DNA of 55,119 nt from Candidatus Omnitrophota bacterium (GCA_041653835.1 JBAZEP010000007.1:1-55119), one strand, 5' to 3'; shown: positions 38,554-48,077, counted from the first letter of the stretch. A program made the numbers and translations. Notes: generated by a model not told the origin, from the sequence alone.

Positions 38554-39793
38554 ATAGCACCTTATTGTATATACTAAAGTATTTGGAAACACCCATCTCC
38601 AGGGAAAACATAGTATCTACTGTCTTATGACACCTCGCCACTAACATATCCTTATCTTTTAACAGCTCCATTAATTCGTTCAAAGCATTCATATACGCAT
38701 CTTTATTGAGATCTTTGATAACGACGCCTAATCTATTATTTTCAACGATGACATCTGTATCGCCTATCTGCGAGTTTATTATCACAGGCAAGCTGCTAGC
38801 CAGGTATTCCGCGAACTTAGTGGGACATGAAGATCTTTTGGAAAGCACTTGTTTTATAAAAAACATGCCCGCATCGCCTAGTTTAGTATAATAAGGCACA
38901 TCCTCGAACTCTGACTCTATTATAGTAAAATCGCTTTCGTGCAGCCCTTTTTCCCTGCAATATTTATCCGCTATTTTTTTACCTGTATGCGTCACTATCA
39001 GAAAATGCGCGTTCTTGATGCGTTCTTTTGCTGTGATAAAAAAATCTATCATCTCGCTCAATAAATACCATGTACCTAACGACCCGGCGTATAAGAAAAC
39101 GAACTTCTCTGCCAGGCCATGTTCTTGCTTTACTTTTTTTGTTATATTTTTATCACCATTAAATCTCTCGACATCAACACAGCATGGTATGACCATTACA
39201 CTCTGCTTTTTATTCATATTATTGCGTGGCAGATAATCGCTATGCGACAGGAAATCCTTTATATTCTCAGAAAGGACTATCAGCCCATCCGCTTTTATCA
39301 AAAATATCTTTTCAAAATAGGCCGTGAGCTTATAAGAAATACTGTCCTTTTTCCACATACCCCCATCAACATACTCCTCAGCGGTCAACCCTCTCTCATC
39401 AAATATGAATTTTTTTCCTGTTAACTTAGTGATCATGCGCCCCATCGCAGCTGAAACAGTGGTCCGGGCATGTATAATATCTATTTTTTTTGATATAGTA
39501 ATATAGCATCCTAACAATATGCCCATGAATATATCAAATAAAGTGGCAGGCAAAGATGGATTCTTATGATACCTGAGGCTATACCATTTAATACCATTTG
39601 ACTTTAATTCTTCTCTATAACTAGCGATCTTTTCTTTTGGATATTTTTTCCAAAACTCTTTTTTTTCAAAACTCAATAAATAGACCGATACCCCTTTCCG
39701 GGATAGGCCTTTTAAATACGGAATCCCCTGGGATAACATTAATGGTTCCATTGCACCGTTATAAGAAATAAATAAAGTTTTCATAATATTCAC
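38537..39793 (-). CDS. GT4 glycosyltransferase
   Basis: FDERG, YAGSLGTWY, PTKFAEYLASSLPVI. Confidence 0.88.
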   Translation of the reverse strand: MNIMKTLFISYNGAMEPLMLSQGIPYLKGLSRKGVSVYLLSFEKKEFWKKYPKEKIASYREELKSNGIKWYSLRYHKNPSLPATLFDIFMGILLGCYITISKKIDIIHARTTVSAAMGRMITKLTGKKFIFDERGLTAEEYVDGGMWKKDSISYKLTAYFEKIFLIKADGLIVLSENIKDFLSHSDYLPRNNMNKKQSVMVIPCCVDVERFNGDKNITKKVKQEHGLAEKFVFLYAGSLGTWYLLSEMIDFFITAKERIKNAHFLIVTHTGKKIADKYCREKGLHESDFTIIESEFEDVPYYTKLGDAGMFFIKQVLSKRSSCPTKFAEYLASSLPVIINSQIGDTDVIVENNRLGVVIKDLNKDAYMNALNELMELLKDKDMLVARCHKTVDTMFSLEMGVSKYFSIYNKVLYGREA

Positions 39794-41130
39794 GTCCGTA
39801 TTGCAGCTTCAATACTTTTTTTCTCCAAGCCTATCCCTATCAGCACAAATACAAAAGGCAATACCATTGCCCTATGCCTGAATAGCGTACCGATATTGCC
39901 TTCTATAAAAGCCAAAACAAGCATCATTATGGCTATATACAAGACTACTATCCCGCCTTCTCTTGCTTTATGTTTCATAATAAAACTCCATCCTATAAAC
40001 ATAGCTGGTAACAACAAATAATATACGATCATCTCCGGGATTACCATTACCTGCGACATGCTGCCAAGCTGCCAGGGAAAAGGCGCTAACCATGCTACAA
40101 ATATCGCTAGAGGCGCGAAGAGTATTAGGCTCAATGGATTAGTAATATCCAGGCTAGACAAAAATGCTGTATTTCCATATGTCCTGAACGTTCGCATCTT
40201 ATATATATACTCTATCAACGAAAAGCTATTCTTGCCTCCAGGTAAAAATTTCATTATATACTCATATACACAAGTGGCAGCTATCACGCTTGCTAATATG
40301 ATTATGAATATAAATAGCAACTTGTGCTTATCCCATAAGAACAATATCAGAGAAACCGGGAATATTAACGCATAAAAGATGAAAAAAGACACGAATCTTA
40401 ACTCTTTTAAAGCTAAACTGGCTAATATCATTATAAATATTAAATGAAGTCTGAACCTTGTTTTTAATTGGATTATAGCCCACACCAGCACTACTATTAA
40501 AAAAATACTTAGGGGTTCTTTAAGGTCTTGAATAGACCATATGAATAATGATGGCCAGAAAGCAGTTAAAAGAGCGGATATCCTCGCTGCTCTTTTATCA
40601 TAAAGCTGTAAAGTTATATAATAGATAAACACAGCTGTCAAGGAGCTTGCCAAAGAATTTATAAAGATCACACAAAGGGGGCTTTTGCCGCTGAAAAAAT
40701 ATACAATAGCGTTCCAGAAATCAAAAGCACCAAGTGTTCCGCTAGTGCTAATGCTTCTCACGTAATTATGTATATATTCCAGGTCCCTGACACCTGATAA
40801 CCACACGTCTACTATCTTAGCCCCATTCCCGCTATAACTGAATGCATCTCCTATCAAGCCATTGCCTTGAAATATGTAAATAATGTTATAAAGTAAACAA
40901 GAGCCTATGACCCTTGATAAGATCGCTACGATGAATATTCCTGACAAGAAAGTCCGTTCACTTGAAGCTTTTATAACGCAGGTAAGGCAGAATAAACAGC
41001 CCGATATACCAAGCATCATAATCAAAGCAGAGGATGTAAAGGATATAGGGACTAAAATTACTACCAAAGCTATAAATATCGCAGACAAAAATAATAAAAC
41101 ATACTTTTTAGTTATCAATAGCTCAATCAC
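39790..41130 (-). CDS. Polytopic membrane protein, probable Wzy polymerase or GT-C fold enzyme
   Basis: About 11-12 TM segments; GDAFSY, WSIQDLKEPL, NIGTLFRHR near the C-terminus. Confidence 0.65.
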   Translation of the reverse strand: MIELLITKKYVLLFLSAIFIALVVILVPISFTSSALIMMLGISGCLFCLTCVIKASSERTFLSGIFIVAILSRVIGSCLLYNIIYIFQGNGLIGDAFSYSGNGAKIVDVWLSGVRDLEYIHNYVRSISTSGTLGAFDFWNAIVYFFSGKSPLCVIFINSLASSLTAVFIYYITLQLYDKRAARISALLTAFWPSLFIWSIQDLKEPLSIFLIVVLVWAIIQLKTRFRLHLIFIMILASLALKELRFVSFFIFYALIFPVSLILFLWDKHKLLFIFIIILASVIAATCVYEYIMKFLPGGKNSFSLIEYIYKMRTFRTYGNTAFLSSLDITNPLSLILFAPLAIFVAWLAPFPWQLGSMSQVMVIPEMIVYYLLLPAMFIGWSFIMKHKAREGGIVVLYIAIMMLVLAFIEGNIGTLFRHRAMVLPFVFVLIGIGLEKKSIEAAIRT

Positions 41131-42449
41131 GAAACAGCCTTTTTATTCCTTATGACGAAGGCGGTAGACAGGATTATATAATACGGAATAAGCGGAACTG
41201 AATAGCGCCCATGGCCGTATATAACAGCATACGCTAAGGAAACATACGATATCACGATCAACAAAAATACCCATTTACGCCACAACATCTTTTGCTCTAG
41301 CATTCCCATTACGGAAAACGCTATCATTAGATATGCCAGTAACCTAAAAACACCCCTGAATAAAGAAAGTGCTAAGCTTCCGTACCTGATACTGGATATC
41401 TTCTTTATTAGATACTCCTGATCTATCAAAGCTGGAAGATACGTAAACTGTGTCATTTTAAGCAAATCAATGGAAGACACCGCTATGAATTTAACGGGTC
41501 TTCTCATTATCTCTTTTATCATGGTATTTTTAATTTTATTGGCGCTATAGCCCTTGCTTTTTAATTCAGGCAATATTTTTTCCCTGACCAAGATGTCTTC
41601 CCTGAATAAAAAATCCCTCGGATTCTCAACTGCATTAGGAAACACCTTTTTACCAAGATTCTCGGATAAAATGAAAACCAGGCTTTGCTTCAGATCATTA
41701 AAATTATAATCAAGCTTTTGAACCTTTATACATAGAGGTTCTAGGCTCCCCTCTCTTAAGGAAAAGTCCCCGAATTTCGTGTAGTTCCTTGACATCCACG
41801 GTAATGTCAAACATATAAAAATCAGGGACATGGCGAATATCTTTATGATAAGACCTTTATTGTCGGCTGACTTGATTTTCAATAATATGAGCCACATAAC
41901 TGCTATAAACAAAAAAGGCAGCATTATGACCTTACATAACGCCGCCAGTCCCAACGCCATACCAAACAGCAGATAATAACTGAACCGGCTAGTGAAATAA
42001 ACCTTCATACCCAAAAATACGACCAGGGCAAGCAAAAACGTAAATAACGCCTCACTAAGAATATAGCTTGAGTAGTTTACAAGTGTCGGGAAAAAGGCAG
42101 TCACGGTCATTGAATAAAAGGCTATCTTCTCTTTGAAAATTATCCCAGCTATTTTATATACAAGGATAGTTGTTGCTAAAAACAATAGTATCTGAAGTAA
42201 TTGGACAAAAAAATAATTATGACCGAACATCGAATATACTAAGGCTAAGAAAAGCGGATACAACGGCTCTCTCTCCATTGTAAGATTTCCGGCACTATCG
42301 GTATAACCATGGCCATTCGCGATGTTCAACCCAATAGCATCATAACTGTAAGAGTCCGGCTGCATAGGGGTTTTTGTTAAAAATAACAAGACAAGACCAA
42401 ATATAAAAGAACCCGTTAAAATATATAAAAACCGCTTTTCTTTAAACAT
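41127..42449 (-). CDS. ArnT/PMT-like GT-C glycosyltransferase
   Basis: PDSYSYD acidic motif after TM1, REPLYPLFLA, LSEALFTFL, WMSRNY, RYSVPLIP. Confidence 0.82.
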   Translation of the reverse strand: MFKEKRFLYILTGSFIFGLVLLFLTKTPMQPDSYSYDAIGLNIANGHGYTDSAGNLTMEREPLYPLFLALVYSMFGHNYFFVQLLQILLFLATTILVYKIAGIIFKEKIAFYSMTVTAFFPTLVNYSSYILSEALFTFLLALVVFLGMKVYFTSRFSYYLLFGMALGLAALCKVIMLPFLFIAVMWLILLKIKSADNKGLIIKIFAMSLIFICLTLPWMSRNYTKFGDFSLREGSLEPLCIKVQKLDYNFNDLKQSLVFILSENLGKKVFPNAVENPRDFLFREDILVREKILPELKSKGYSANKIKNTMIKEIMRRPVKFIAVSSIDLLKMTQFTYLPALIDQEYLIKKISSIRYGSLALSLFRGVFRLLAYLMIAFSVMGMLEQKMLWRKWVFLLIVISYVSLAYAVIYGHGRYSVPLIPYYIILSTAFVIRNKKAVS

Positions 42450-42473
42450 TTCATAGCCCTACATGTCTTAATA

Positions 42474-43103
42474 TTATTGCGATAATTTTATTTTTTTAAG
42501 GTAACTATAGAAAAATATATGGAGGCTGATTAATAGAAATGCAAAAAGGCCTGCGATAAAAGCTTTTCTGATAACCTGCCGAGATTCTTTTTCGCCATAA
42601 GAAGCAGGATCTAATACTTTTACCATAGGCTTAGCTGGAGTAATATCTAACTCGCCATTTATCCTATCTAAATTTTGAATTATAAAATTCGCTATCTTTT
42701 CGGTAAATGCGGGGTTAGCGCCTTTAACTTCTATTTCCAATCCAGCTATCATTTCACGAGTATTTATTTTATATTTAAGATCTGGCTGCTTGTTTAACTC
42801 TAAGAAATTTTTTATATCTTTAGTCATGCGATTACTCTTAAGCAAAACAAAAATTATGTCGCTATAAGAAGTACCTTTTGAAATACCCGCTATTCCAAAA
42901 AATTTACTAATAGAAGATACTGACGAAACTCCGCCGCCTACAGAATCAGTAGAGATAATAGTAACTTTAGACACATAACTTGCTGGCATAAGCAGTGAAA
43001 AAATAACTGTAAAAAATACAGCCGCTGCCATCAGCTTTACGATAGTTTTCCACCATTTTTTATACATATTTAGATAATATAGTATATTAAAATCGTATTC
43101 CAT
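42474..43103 (-). CDS. Short Wzz-like chain-length determinant / polysaccharide co-polymerase
   Basis: KKWWKTI, TM1, P..Y.SKVTI, LKSNRM, VLDPA, TM2; AGGAG SD. Only 209 aa. Confidence 0.65.
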   Translation of the reverse strand: MEYDFNILYYLNMYKKWWKTIVKLMAAAVFFTVIFSLLMPASYVSKVTIISTDSVGGGVSSVSSISKFFGIAGISKGTSYSDIIFVLLKSNRMTKDIKNFLELNKQPDLKYKINTREMIAGLEIEVKGANPAFTEKIANFIIQNLDRINGELDITPAKPMVKVLDPASYGEKESRQVIRKAFIAGLFAFLLISLHIFFYSYLKKIKLSQ

Positions 43104-43163
43104 ATTTGGCTCCTATGGGTTATATATCTATTCTATAGTATAATATTATAAATAATAGCTTTG

Positions 43164-43192
43164 ATTATAGCGTATTTGGGGGTTAATCGCAA
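43164..43192 (-). promoter_or_regulatory. Strong sigma70-like internal promoter candidate for the AT-rich tailoring region
   Basis: Minus strand TTGCGA (43192-43187), 17-nt spacer, perfect TATAAT (43169-43164). Confidence 0.6.
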
Positions 43193-43214
43193 GAAAAATT
43201 AGGGGGTTATTACG

Positions 43215-43241
43215 GCGAGGTGGCCCGCAGGGCCACCTCGC
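43215..43241. other. GC-rich stem-loop after the SLBB gene (possible terminator or mRNA-stabilising hairpin)
   Basis: GCGAGGTGGCCC-GCA-GGGCCACCTCGC, a perfect 12-bp stem 10 nt past the stop; no immediate U-tract, so not a canonical intrinsic terminator. Confidence 0.55.
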
Positions 43242-43250
43242 AGGGCTGGT

Positions 43251-46136
43251 TTAGTTAAGAGCGGCGATGACGCCTACGCCGATTATTAGCTGGGATAGGA
43301 TCTGCACCGTATCTTTAAACACTGTGCCCGCGGGGGTCCAGTATTTAAATTCCTGCGGCACAACTATGGTATCCCCGCGCTCGACAAACTTGGTCATCAT
43401 AAATTTATTGATGGCTTCGCCGTTGGCGCGGACAGCGTATATACCGCTCCTGTCAGCGTGCTTTGTGAGCCCGCCTGTCCTCTGTATATAATAATCCATG
43501 CCTTTACCTGCCTCAAAAGGCACTGAGGTAGGGTTATTGACACTGCCTATTACAGTGATAGCCGACGGCGGTTCGGGTATTGTAAGCGTATCGCCGTCTT
43601 CGAGGGATATATCGTACTTTGTATGTTTTAACTGCTCCATAGGCACAAGGGTTATGACCATGCGGCCTTCTATATCAGCCTCGGAGATCATCTCCATCAT
43701 TTCCATCCTCGCTCTTACAGATTGGTTTACAGCCTCAGCGCTCGCAGTGCTTCCCGCCCGCATTAAAATAGACTGCTGTTCTTCCATGACATTTCTCTGT
43801 TCTCTCTCGAGGAATTTTTTGCGCATCTTTTCCTGGGCTTCTTTAATAGACTTCCTGGTAAACACAGCCCCGGGCAAAAACGCCTCTTTGGTATAGCCCC
43901 CGGCGCGCTCTATCAGGTCGCTGAGCCTCTCTCCTTCTATTATCGGATATACGCCCGGGAACCTGACCTCGCCTTTTACGGTAATCAGCTTCCTTTCAGT
44001 AAGCCCAGGTTCTGATTTCACGAAAAGCATGTCGCCCGCCTGAAGAAAAATATCCTTATCTATCTGAAGATTCGATCCGAAAAGACGTTTAACCCCTATC
44101 TCCCTTACCACAGGCTGTTCGCCAGGGATAATATGAAAAAGCTCGGCCCCGCTTATGAAATCCTTGGACATTACACCTCCTGCCCTGAATATAAGATCAG
44201 AAACTTTCATATTCGGCGTAAGTTCATACCTGCCGGGCTTATTGACTGAGCCGTCTATATCCACGAACGAAGGCGCCTGCGCCTCAGCCTCGGAATAGAT
44301 CAGGAGAATATCCCATTCTTTCAATAAAATGTTCTCGTCCCTTCCGCCTAACATCATTTTATCCAGGTTAATGGGTATTATCTCCCGGGAACGGTCTTTG
44401 GTGACCCTGGCTATTTCCGCCCTGTAAAGATATGTCCCCGGCATGATCCCCTTTGCCTTTTCTATTAAATCCGTGACAGTCATCCCTTCACGCCTTCCAT
44501 AATCACCGGGGGTTTCAATATTGCCTAAAACTGTCACAAAATCATGCTTAAGCCTTACAATAGGGGAAACCATTACTAAATCGCCGTTATGAAGATTGAT
44601 ATCTTTAAAAGGGATATCTGAACCTGAAGAAGTTTTCAACTCGATGTCGGATATTACACGGCGTTCATTGTCTTCTATGCGTTCTACCTGGATATGCTGG
44701 AGGTTGCCTGTAGGCGTAATACCGCCCGCGAAACTCATCAGATCAGAAAGAGGGATATCGCTCTTTGTCTCATATATGCCGGGGCGTTTAACATTGCCCG
44801 TTATAGCTACGACATCTCCTATCGGAGGCACGAATATAGTGTCTCCTGATTGTATTATGGAGTTGTCCGCGGGTTCGCCCTTAAGCAAGAATTCATAAAG
44901 GTCTATTTCTCTCGATTTACCGTCGGAGGTGATTATCTTTATCTTGCGCATGGAGCCCATTTTGGTAGGGCCTCCTGCCTGGTAAAGCGCTTGAAAAATA
45001 TTAGACTGGGAACTGATGGAATACGCGCCCGGTTTTTTAACCTCACCCATTATAAAAACGCGGACATTTCTGAGTTTCCCCATCGAGACTTCCACATTGA
45101 AATTCGTATAATATTCATTGAGCTTCTGGGAAATGCGCTCTTCAGTTTCCTTGAGTTTCATGCCCCATACGTAAAGGGGGCCGGATTTGGGAAGCATTAT
45201 CTTACCTTCCCTGTCCACCTCCGCGGGGAAACTTTCCTGGACGCTTCCCCATATATTGATAAGCAGTGTATCGCCCGGGCCTATCACATAATCGGAACTG
45301 ACAGGAATTACAGCCGCGTCTTCCGAATCTGTGATCTGGGAAGAAAATCCGGAACCCTGGGATGCCTGGCCCCCCAACGCCGTCTTTATCATGCCTAACG
45401 CCGCGAGGGATTCCATGGATTTACCGATAGAACTCTCTTCTTCCTGTTTATCTTTTTTTTCCTTATCTTTTTCGGGCATTATGAATAATTCATACCCGAA
45501 CTGTTTCAAGTCTTTGGAAGCCCCGAAACTTATGGATTTCGAAAAACTGGATTCGATATTGGAAGGTTCTTCCTGGAAAATAATCTTTGGCTTGAACTTG
45601 GCCTGGTCCAGGAGGTCTCCTTCCGGAAAAAATACATGACCATCATAAGGGCAGGTAAGCTGGAGCCTGGGTTTATATTTGGGCTCGGCTTTCTCTTCCT
45701 GCATGGACAATGCCTTTTTTACAGCTTCGTCCTTATCTATATTCTCATCAAGCGCGGCATCTTTTAATTTAAAAAGATCAAGCGATTTATTCTTCCTGGC
45801 AAGTTCTTTTATTTTTTTCTGTTTATCTTTCAGGGATATTTCTTCGTTATCCGGGCTATCTTTATCCCCGCTGATGTTTTTATCGCGTCTCTCTTCGTAG
45901 TGGACCCAATGCGAATGAGGTCCTTCCTTGCCGGGGACATAGAAAAACTCCATTAGGCAGTTCGGACAGCGGATCTTTTTGAACGAAACTATATCCGCGC
46001 CTTTGGATTCGTCCACCAGTTTCCTCTCTTCGCTGTCCTCGCTGAACTGGTAAGAAAATACTCCCGACGGGAAAACAGCGGAAAATAGAAATATGACAGC
46101 TATGAAAAGATTGACAAAAGAAAGCCTCTTAGGCAT
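43251..46136 (-). CDS. Large SLBB-repeat polysaccharide export protein (Wza/KpsD-like)
   Basis: Signal peptide; Poly_export motif DYVIGPGDTLLINIWG; six SLBB starts (GEVKKPG, GNVKRPG, GNIETPG, GSVNKPG, GEVRFPG, GSVNNP); C-terminal amphipathic helix. Confidence 0.88.
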   Translation of the reverse strand: MPKRLSFVNLFIAVIFLFSAVFPSGVFSYQFSEDSEERKLVDESKGADIVSFKKIRCPNCLMEFFYVPGKEGPHSHWVHYEERRDKNISGDKDSPDNEEISLKDKQKKIKELARKNKSLDLFKLKDAALDENIDKDEAVKKALSMQEEKAEPKYKPRLQLTCPYDGHVFFPEGDLLDQAKFKPKIIFQEEPSNIESSFSKSISFGASKDLKQFGYELFIMPEKDKEKKDKQEEESSIGKSMESLAALGMIKTALGGQASQGSGFSSQITDSEDAAVIPVSSDYVIGPGDTLLINIWGSVQESFPAEVDREGKIMLPKSGPLYVWGMKLKETEERISQKLNEYYTNFNVEVSMGKLRNVRVFIMGEVKKPGAYSISSQSNIFQALYQAGGPTKMGSMRKIKIITSDGKSREIDLYEFLLKGEPADNSIIQSGDTIFVPPIGDVVAITGNVKRPGIYETKSDIPLSDLMSFAGGITPTGNLQHIQVERIEDNERRVISDIELKTSSGSDIPFKDINLHNGDLVMVSPIVRLKHDFVTVLGNIETPGDYGRREGMTVTDLIEKAKGIMPGTYLYRAEIARVTKDRSREIIPINLDKMMLGGRDENILLKEWDILLIYSEAEAQAPSFVDIDGSVNKPGRYELTPNMKVSDLIFRAGGVMSKDFISGAELFHIIPGEQPVVREIGVKRLFGSNLQIDKDIFLQAGDMLFVKSEPGLTERKLITVKGEVRFPGVYPIIEGERLSDLIERAGGYTKEAFLPGAVFTRKSIKEAQEKMRKKFLEREQRNVMEEQQSILMRAGSTASAEAVNQSVRARMEMMEMISEADIEGRMVITLVPMEQLKHTKYDISLEDGDTLTIPEPPSAITVIGSVNNPTSVPFEAGKGMDYYIQRTGGLTKHADRSGIYAVRANGEAINKFMMTKFVERGDTIVVPQEFKYWTPAGTVFKDTVQILSQLIIGVGVIAALN

Positions 46137-47798
46137 TTAGAACCTCCTTGTTACTTCCGCGCCGAGGATATGGTTTTTGGCGCTCAAAGCGGTATTCTCG
46201 AAATTTTCTATATCGTCAAATTCGTAAAACAGGGTTACGTCTACATTATTTACATTATACATCTTTAACCCGTTAATAACAGTAAATTCTAATTTTATTT
46301 GATCCGTGGTTTCTATGAATACCCTGGTAAGGCCGCTTCTCATATGGCTGAAAGTAAAGCTCGCCCGGTATTCCTCCGGAAAGCTGAATATGGCGCTAAG
46401 CGCGATATCCTCCGAATCTCCTCCAGCGTGATGGCCTATAAAATTTCCCTTACGGGTATAGCCCGATGTGTATTTAAAATGCGAGTAAAAGGCCTCGTGG
46501 AATTTAGCTATCTCGGCCTTTACATCAAAACCCGGGATCTTGAATACATCCGTGAAATACGCGCCTATTATATGCGCGAGGTCCACCGGCACGCTTTTCG
46601 CCTCGTCTTCCGCCCCCCATTCCATATAAAGTTTCGCGCCTGTGGCTATGGGCAAAAACCTGTCTATGCGCCTCAGGAACAACTGGACATCCCCTGACAT
46701 GATATGGTTTTCAGGGTCATCCGCTCCGCCGCCCGAGCTGAAGAAAAGAGAGCTGTTGCCTACAAAATCATTGAAACCATATCTATTGACGCCTTTGCCG
46801 CCGAACATCAGGATATGGCCGACGCCGAATTTTAAGAACTCCGACGGTATATAGTCCAGTTTCCATCCCGAGACCAGGGCATGCGGAAGGTTGAATTTTT
46901 TGTCCATCCTTGAAATAAACCATGTACCGCTCCACCTGCCCATCTTTTTGAAAATCCCTGGAAGCCTGAAAGGCCGGATGTTATTGATCCTTAAAGCATC
47001 CATGGGAAAGGCATTGTCGGTCATAAGTATCGAGCCGTGAAAACCCGGGCCCCACCACGCGGAAGTCCTCCCGATAGAAAATTCCGTGTTCCAGCCACGG
47101 GGATTTATCCTTAAATGAGCGTTTTCGATATTCAGGTCTGTATCGTCCTTGGAATATCTTATGCCGGGGGTAATTGATACGGCGTATAAGTCAGCGAGTT
47201 TCGCCCAGCCTGTAACTTTGATCCTGGAGTTGATACCGTCTTTTAAAACCCATCCATCCTTGTTTTCGAACAGCATGTTGTCTGAATCAAACACGCCGTA
47301 TGCCTGTTCAACGCTCATGTCGCTGATAAGTCTTATTGTATTTTTAGGAAGAGGCTGGTCAAAAGTACTCGCGACCTCAACGCCTATATCGACAAGCTCC
47401 ACCCTGAACTCATCTATCAATTTATTCAAAAGTGTTTCAAGGTAATCCTGCTCGTTCCATTCGAATTCTCCACTATAATCCCTTGCCTTGTCAATGGCGG
47501 TCTTTACGATATTAGCCATTTTAATACGTGAGACAGGCCTTATGCCGATATCCGCGATATCGCACAGCCCGACAATGGCCAGTTTTTCTATGGCGTCGTA
47601 ACTCCAGTGGCGTAAGGGGACATCGACGGAAGGGGAAGCGTAACACTCGCTGGCTACAAAAAGAATTGTTACAAATAATATTGTTCGAGCGAGGTCAAAT
47701 ATTCTTCTCGACTTCGCTCGAAGAGTATTGTGTCTATCCAATATTGTTCGAGCGAACATCGTTTCCAGGCATGTGAGCTTAGTCGAGAACCTTACCAT
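46137..47798 (-). CDS. wzi: Capsule assembly Wzi-family outer-membrane protein; N-terminus built from repeat DNA
   Basis: SIGRTSAWWGPGFHGSILMTDNA, YMEWGAED, IGHHAGGDS, terminal F. Start chosen at ATG 47798 overlapping the GIY-YIG stop (alternative ATG 47759); the track start at 47849 overlaps the nuclease gene. Confidence 0.8.
   Translation of the reverse strand: MVRFSTKLTCLETMFARTILDRHNTLRAKSRRIFDLARTILFVTILFVASECYASPSVDVPLRHWSYDAIEKLAIVGLCDIADIGIRPVSRIKMANIVKTAIDKARDYSGEFEWNEQDYLETLLNKLIDEFRVELVDIGVEVASTFDQPLPKNTIRLISDMSVEQAYGVFDSDNMLFENKDGWVLKDGINSRIKVTGWAKLADLYAVSITPGIRYSKDDTDLNIENAHLRINPRGWNTEFSIGRTSAWWGPGFHGSILMTDNAFPMDALRINNIRPFRLPGIFKKMGRWSGTWFISRMDKKFNLPHALVSGWKLDYIPSEFLKFGVGHILMFGGKGVNRYGFNDFVGNSSLFFSSGGGADDPENHIMSGDVQLFLRRIDRFLPIATGAKLYMEWGAEDEAKSVPVDLAHIIGAYFTDVFKIPGFDVKAEIAKFHEAFYSHFKYTSGYTRKGNFIGHHAGGDSEDIALSAIFSFPEEYRASFTFSHMRSGLTRVFIETTDQIKLEFTVINGLKMYNVNNVDVTLFYEFDDIENFENTALSAKNHILGAEVTRRF
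47677..47692. repeat. Partial arm of the palindromic repeat within the wzi signal-peptide region
   Basis: AATATTGTTCGAGCGA, identical to 47740-47755 and 51080-51095. Confidence 0.75.
47704..47790. repeat. Palindromic repeat copy 1 (downstream of GIY-YIG gene)
   Basis: C-TTCTCGACT-TCGCTCGAAGAGTATTG-tgtctatc-CAATATTGTTCGAGCGA-[25 nt]-AGTCGAGAA-C; nested inverted repeats. Confidence 0.9.
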
Positions 47799-48064
47799 TC
47801 TTTTTTCCATTCCCCTTTTATGAGTTTCTCTTTCTTTTCCCGATTCCAATCCTTGATTTGCTTCTCTCTCTTTCTCGCTTCTTCTATATTTTCATGTTCT
47901 TCGATATAAACAATTTTTTTCACGCCATGTATAGAAGTATATTTACTTCCCATCCCTGAAATATGCTGATCATATCTAAGATAAGGCTGCCATGTCATCC
48001 CTGTATAATATGTCCCATCTTTACATTCAATGATATAAATATACCATTTCCATGGTTCTTTCAT
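47792..48064 (-). CDS. Stand-alone GIY-YIG nuclease (UPF0213/YhbQ-like), 90 aa
   Basis: WYIYIIECKDGTYYTGMT (GIY-YIG motifs), LRYDQH (catalytic Arg region), EARKREKQIK (metal-binding Glu). Confidence 0.9.
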   Translation of the reverse strand: MKEPWKWYIYIIECKDGTYYTGMTWQPYLRYDQHISGMGSKYTSIHGVKKIVYIEEHENIEEARKREKQIKDWNREKKEKLIKGEWKKEW

Positions 48065-48077
48065 AAAACACTATTAA

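Noticed and set aside
41160-41167. GGCGGTAG ops/JUMPStart-like (RfaH) motif
   Set aside because: It is on the plus strand, the wrong strand for this minus-strand operon, and inside a coding region.
43215-43241. Canonical Rho-independent terminator call
   Set aside because: The stem is strong but lacks an adjacent U-tract on either strand, so it is kept only as a generic stem-loop.
47799-47849. ORF-track start of wzi (MESGKERETH...)
   Set aside because: It overlaps the GIY-YIG coding sequence in another frame; downstream ATGs are more plausible.
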